Part shown: positions 61,660 through 64,000 of the stretch, one piece after another
How positions within the stretch are numbered: the first letter of the stretch is position 1
Layout: the number at the start of each line of letters is the position of its first letter
Assembly (NCBI GenBank): GCA_002269645.1
Contig: NIVC01000530.1
Location: forward strand, 310,001 to 374,000
Direction of reading: 5' to 3'
DNA: 64,000 nucleotides
DNA from: Macrostomum lignano
Taxonomy: Eukaryota
The notes under the pieces: model-generated
The model's database searches: none
Told to the model about the DNA's origin: nothing
What the model saw: the letters and a program-made list of their open reading frames with translations, nothing else
Program-made: the position numbers and the translations under genes

Positions 61660-64000
61660 AAATGGGGAGCAGCTGGAAATGATGCCCGATACGGGATCCA
61701 ATATCGATGCAATCCGAGAATGCGATTGCAAAAAGCTCCGTATCCGTGTTGCACAACTAAGGCATGACGCCATATTTCCTAAATCAGCCAGTGGACAGTT
61801 CATTAAGAGTGACGGCAATTTCTCCGCCACAATAACGCTGAACGGGAAGCACGCAGCGACAAGGATTTATGTGCTGAAGAACTTGGTCGCGCCAGTGCTG
61901 TCCTGGAAGAGCTGTAGAAAACTGGGAATCATCCCTAAAGAGTTTCCAAGTCAGATAAACCAGATAACTCAGGTTCTGACGAATGACGGAAGAAAACATA
62001 CAGAACTGGATTTGATCCAAGAATTCCCGAGGGTCTTCGACGGAGTAATTCGGCCGATGAAGGGCGAAAAATTTTCGATTGTGCTCAAAGAGGACGCGAT
62101 CCCATTTTTCGTGAAGACGCCACGCCGGCTACCACTGCCACTACATGAAAAACTTAAAAACGAACTCGATGCCTTGGAAAGACAGCAAATTATCTGCAAA
62201 ATAACAGAGCCGACACCCTGGTGCGCTCCAATAGTCGTAGCCCCGAAGAAGGGCACTGACCTAATTCGTCTTTGCGTAGATTTTAGAGAGATAAACAAAT
62301 ACGTTCTGAGACCTCGATACCAATCACCAACACCACTGGAAGTTGTGGCCAGCACCAATGTATCCAACGCAGAATGGTTTACAGTTGTTGATGCATTGAA
62401 AGGATACCATCAAGTACCACTCCACGAGGACAGTATGCCACTGACAACATTTATTACTCCTTATGGAAGATACATGTTCAGAATGGCACCTTTCGGGATC
62501 AGCTCTATCTCAGAATAATACAACAGGAGACTGGATAGTGCTCTATAGGGCTTGAAAGATACTCGCCACATTGTGGATGACTGCATAATCGCAAGCGCCG
62601 ACTACGAAAGCCACATCCAAGCTGTTCGCGAATTTCTTTATCGGTGTGACGAGAGTGGAATATCATTGAATAAGAAAAAATTGTCTTCGCCAAGAAAAAT
62701 GTAAAGTTTGCTGGATTTATGCTTACACCAAAGTGCTATCAGGTGGACCCTGAAATGACAGCAGCCATTGCTCGATTCCCTGAGCCATCAAATATTACAG
62801 AATTACGCGCATTTATGGGCCTAGTGAATCAAATAGGACCATTCACAGATTCGATCGCAGAATGTACCTCGATATTAAGACCTCTACTGAGCGCGAAGAA
62901 TTCATTCATCTGGAACGAGGAGCACCAAAAAGCCTTCGATAAGGCACGAATCCATCTGTCTAAAGTCCCATCATTGGCGTACTACGATCACACGAAGCCA
63001 ACCGCACTGCAAACCGACGCATCAAGGTTGAAGGGACTCGGATTTGTTCTCAAGCAGCAACAACCTGACAGCGCCTGGCGAATGATTCAGGCGGGATCAC
63101 GGTTTCTGGCTGACGCGGAGACGCGATATGCTATGATCGAGCTCTAGTTGCTAGCAATTGTGTGGGCTTCGCAAAAATGTCGTTTGTTTTTAGAAGGACT
63201 CGATTCATTTCAATTCGTGACTGACCACAAGCCACTTATTCCGATATTAAACGGCTACCAACTAGACCAAATCGAAAACCCGAGGTTGCAGCGCCTTCGT
63301 GCCAAGCTTAATCGCTACAACTATGAAGCAAAATGGGTACGAGGTAAAGACAATGTAGATGCCGATGCACTATCAAGAGCTCCGATTGCAAATGCAACTG
63401 AAGAAGATCAGATTGATGAGAATCAAGCTCTAAGTAGTGTGAATTTGTTGACTATGATAATGGAAGATACGGAAATTGACTTTAACATGAAGAGAATACA
63501 AGAACACGTAAAGAAAGACACAGAAATGCAAGAGCTCATCCAAATAATAGAGAATGGATTCCCGAACGATAGAGCTAATCTTCCAGTTATTCTAAGACCC
63601 TAATCTTCCAGTTAATCTAAGACCGTACTGGCACATTAGACATAAGCTTGTCGTCGAAAACGGAGTCGTTCTCAATGGATGCCGGTGTATCATCCCTAAA
63701 GAAATGCGAAAAGAAGTTTTGAGAACACTACATTCAAGTCACCAAGGTGCTACGAGCGTACTAAGACCGAAGCAAGAGCAAGAATGGTCGTCTATTGGCC
63801 CAGCATGGAACGTCAGATCGATGACACAATAAAGCAATGCAAAGCATGCCAAGAAACCCGTCCAAGTCAGGTCAGAGAACCGATGTTGCCGAGAACTACA
63901 CCAGCAAGGTGCTTCCAGGAAGTTCATGCCGACTTTTGTGAACACCGCGGCAGGCAATTCCTAGTGATAGTGGACGGATACTCTGGATGGATCAACGTAT
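61660..64000 (+). pseudogene. pol: Retrotransposon pol (PR, RT, RNase H, start of integrase) with stops and frameshifts
   Basis: MPDTGS; WCAPIVVAPKK...LCVDFREINK; DALKGYHQV; PFGI; IVDDCII; LQTDAS; RYAMIEL; FVTDHKPL; VRGKDNVDADALSR; HSSHQG...C-x2-C; VHADF. Stops at 62516-62518 and 63145-63147, frameshift at ~62690. Confidence 0.92.

Larger units (their letters stand above)
60464..64000 (+). mobile_element. Decayed Ty3/Gypsy LTR retrotransposon (Mag-like), running off the window end
   Basis: Order gag-PR-RT-RH-IN. Tentative short 5' LTR 60464-60585 (TGT...ACA) and Ser-like PBS TGGCATCGCAAGCAGG at 60586-60601. Confidence 0.92.

Overview
Eukaryotic (animal, invertebrate-style) genomic DNA with short GT-AG introns. 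A flatworm such as Macrostomum is my guess from style only. No rRNA, functional tRNA or CRISPR array was found. Main contents: (1) a + strand multi-exon gene for a multi-Ig (C2-set-like) type I membrane protein, 1-11862; (2) inside one of its introns, a 9,215-bp almost perfect palindrome (1892-11106) made of two ~4.55-kb inverted arms and a 118-bp structured centre, with ACTACT...AGTAGT termini, an exact 6-bp target-site duplication (GATGTT) and no recognisable coding capacity; (3) a small two-exon membrane protein with a Tyr-bearing tail; (4) a head-to-tail cluster of eight paralogous genes plus relics (15171-59795) encoding signal peptide, CUB-like domain, atypical C-type-lectin-like domain, TM and highly variable tails, with signs of chimerism and birth-and-death decay; (5) a 16.6-kb tandem array of 11 non-autonomous Helitron-like units carrying (CCCTAA)n; (6) other mobile DNA: a TRIM-like LTR element, a deleted Tc1/mariner, two tRNA-SINE copies, a LINE fragment and a decayed Ty3/Gypsy running off the window end. 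Gene models were spliced by hand and identities judged by eye. No database search was run.
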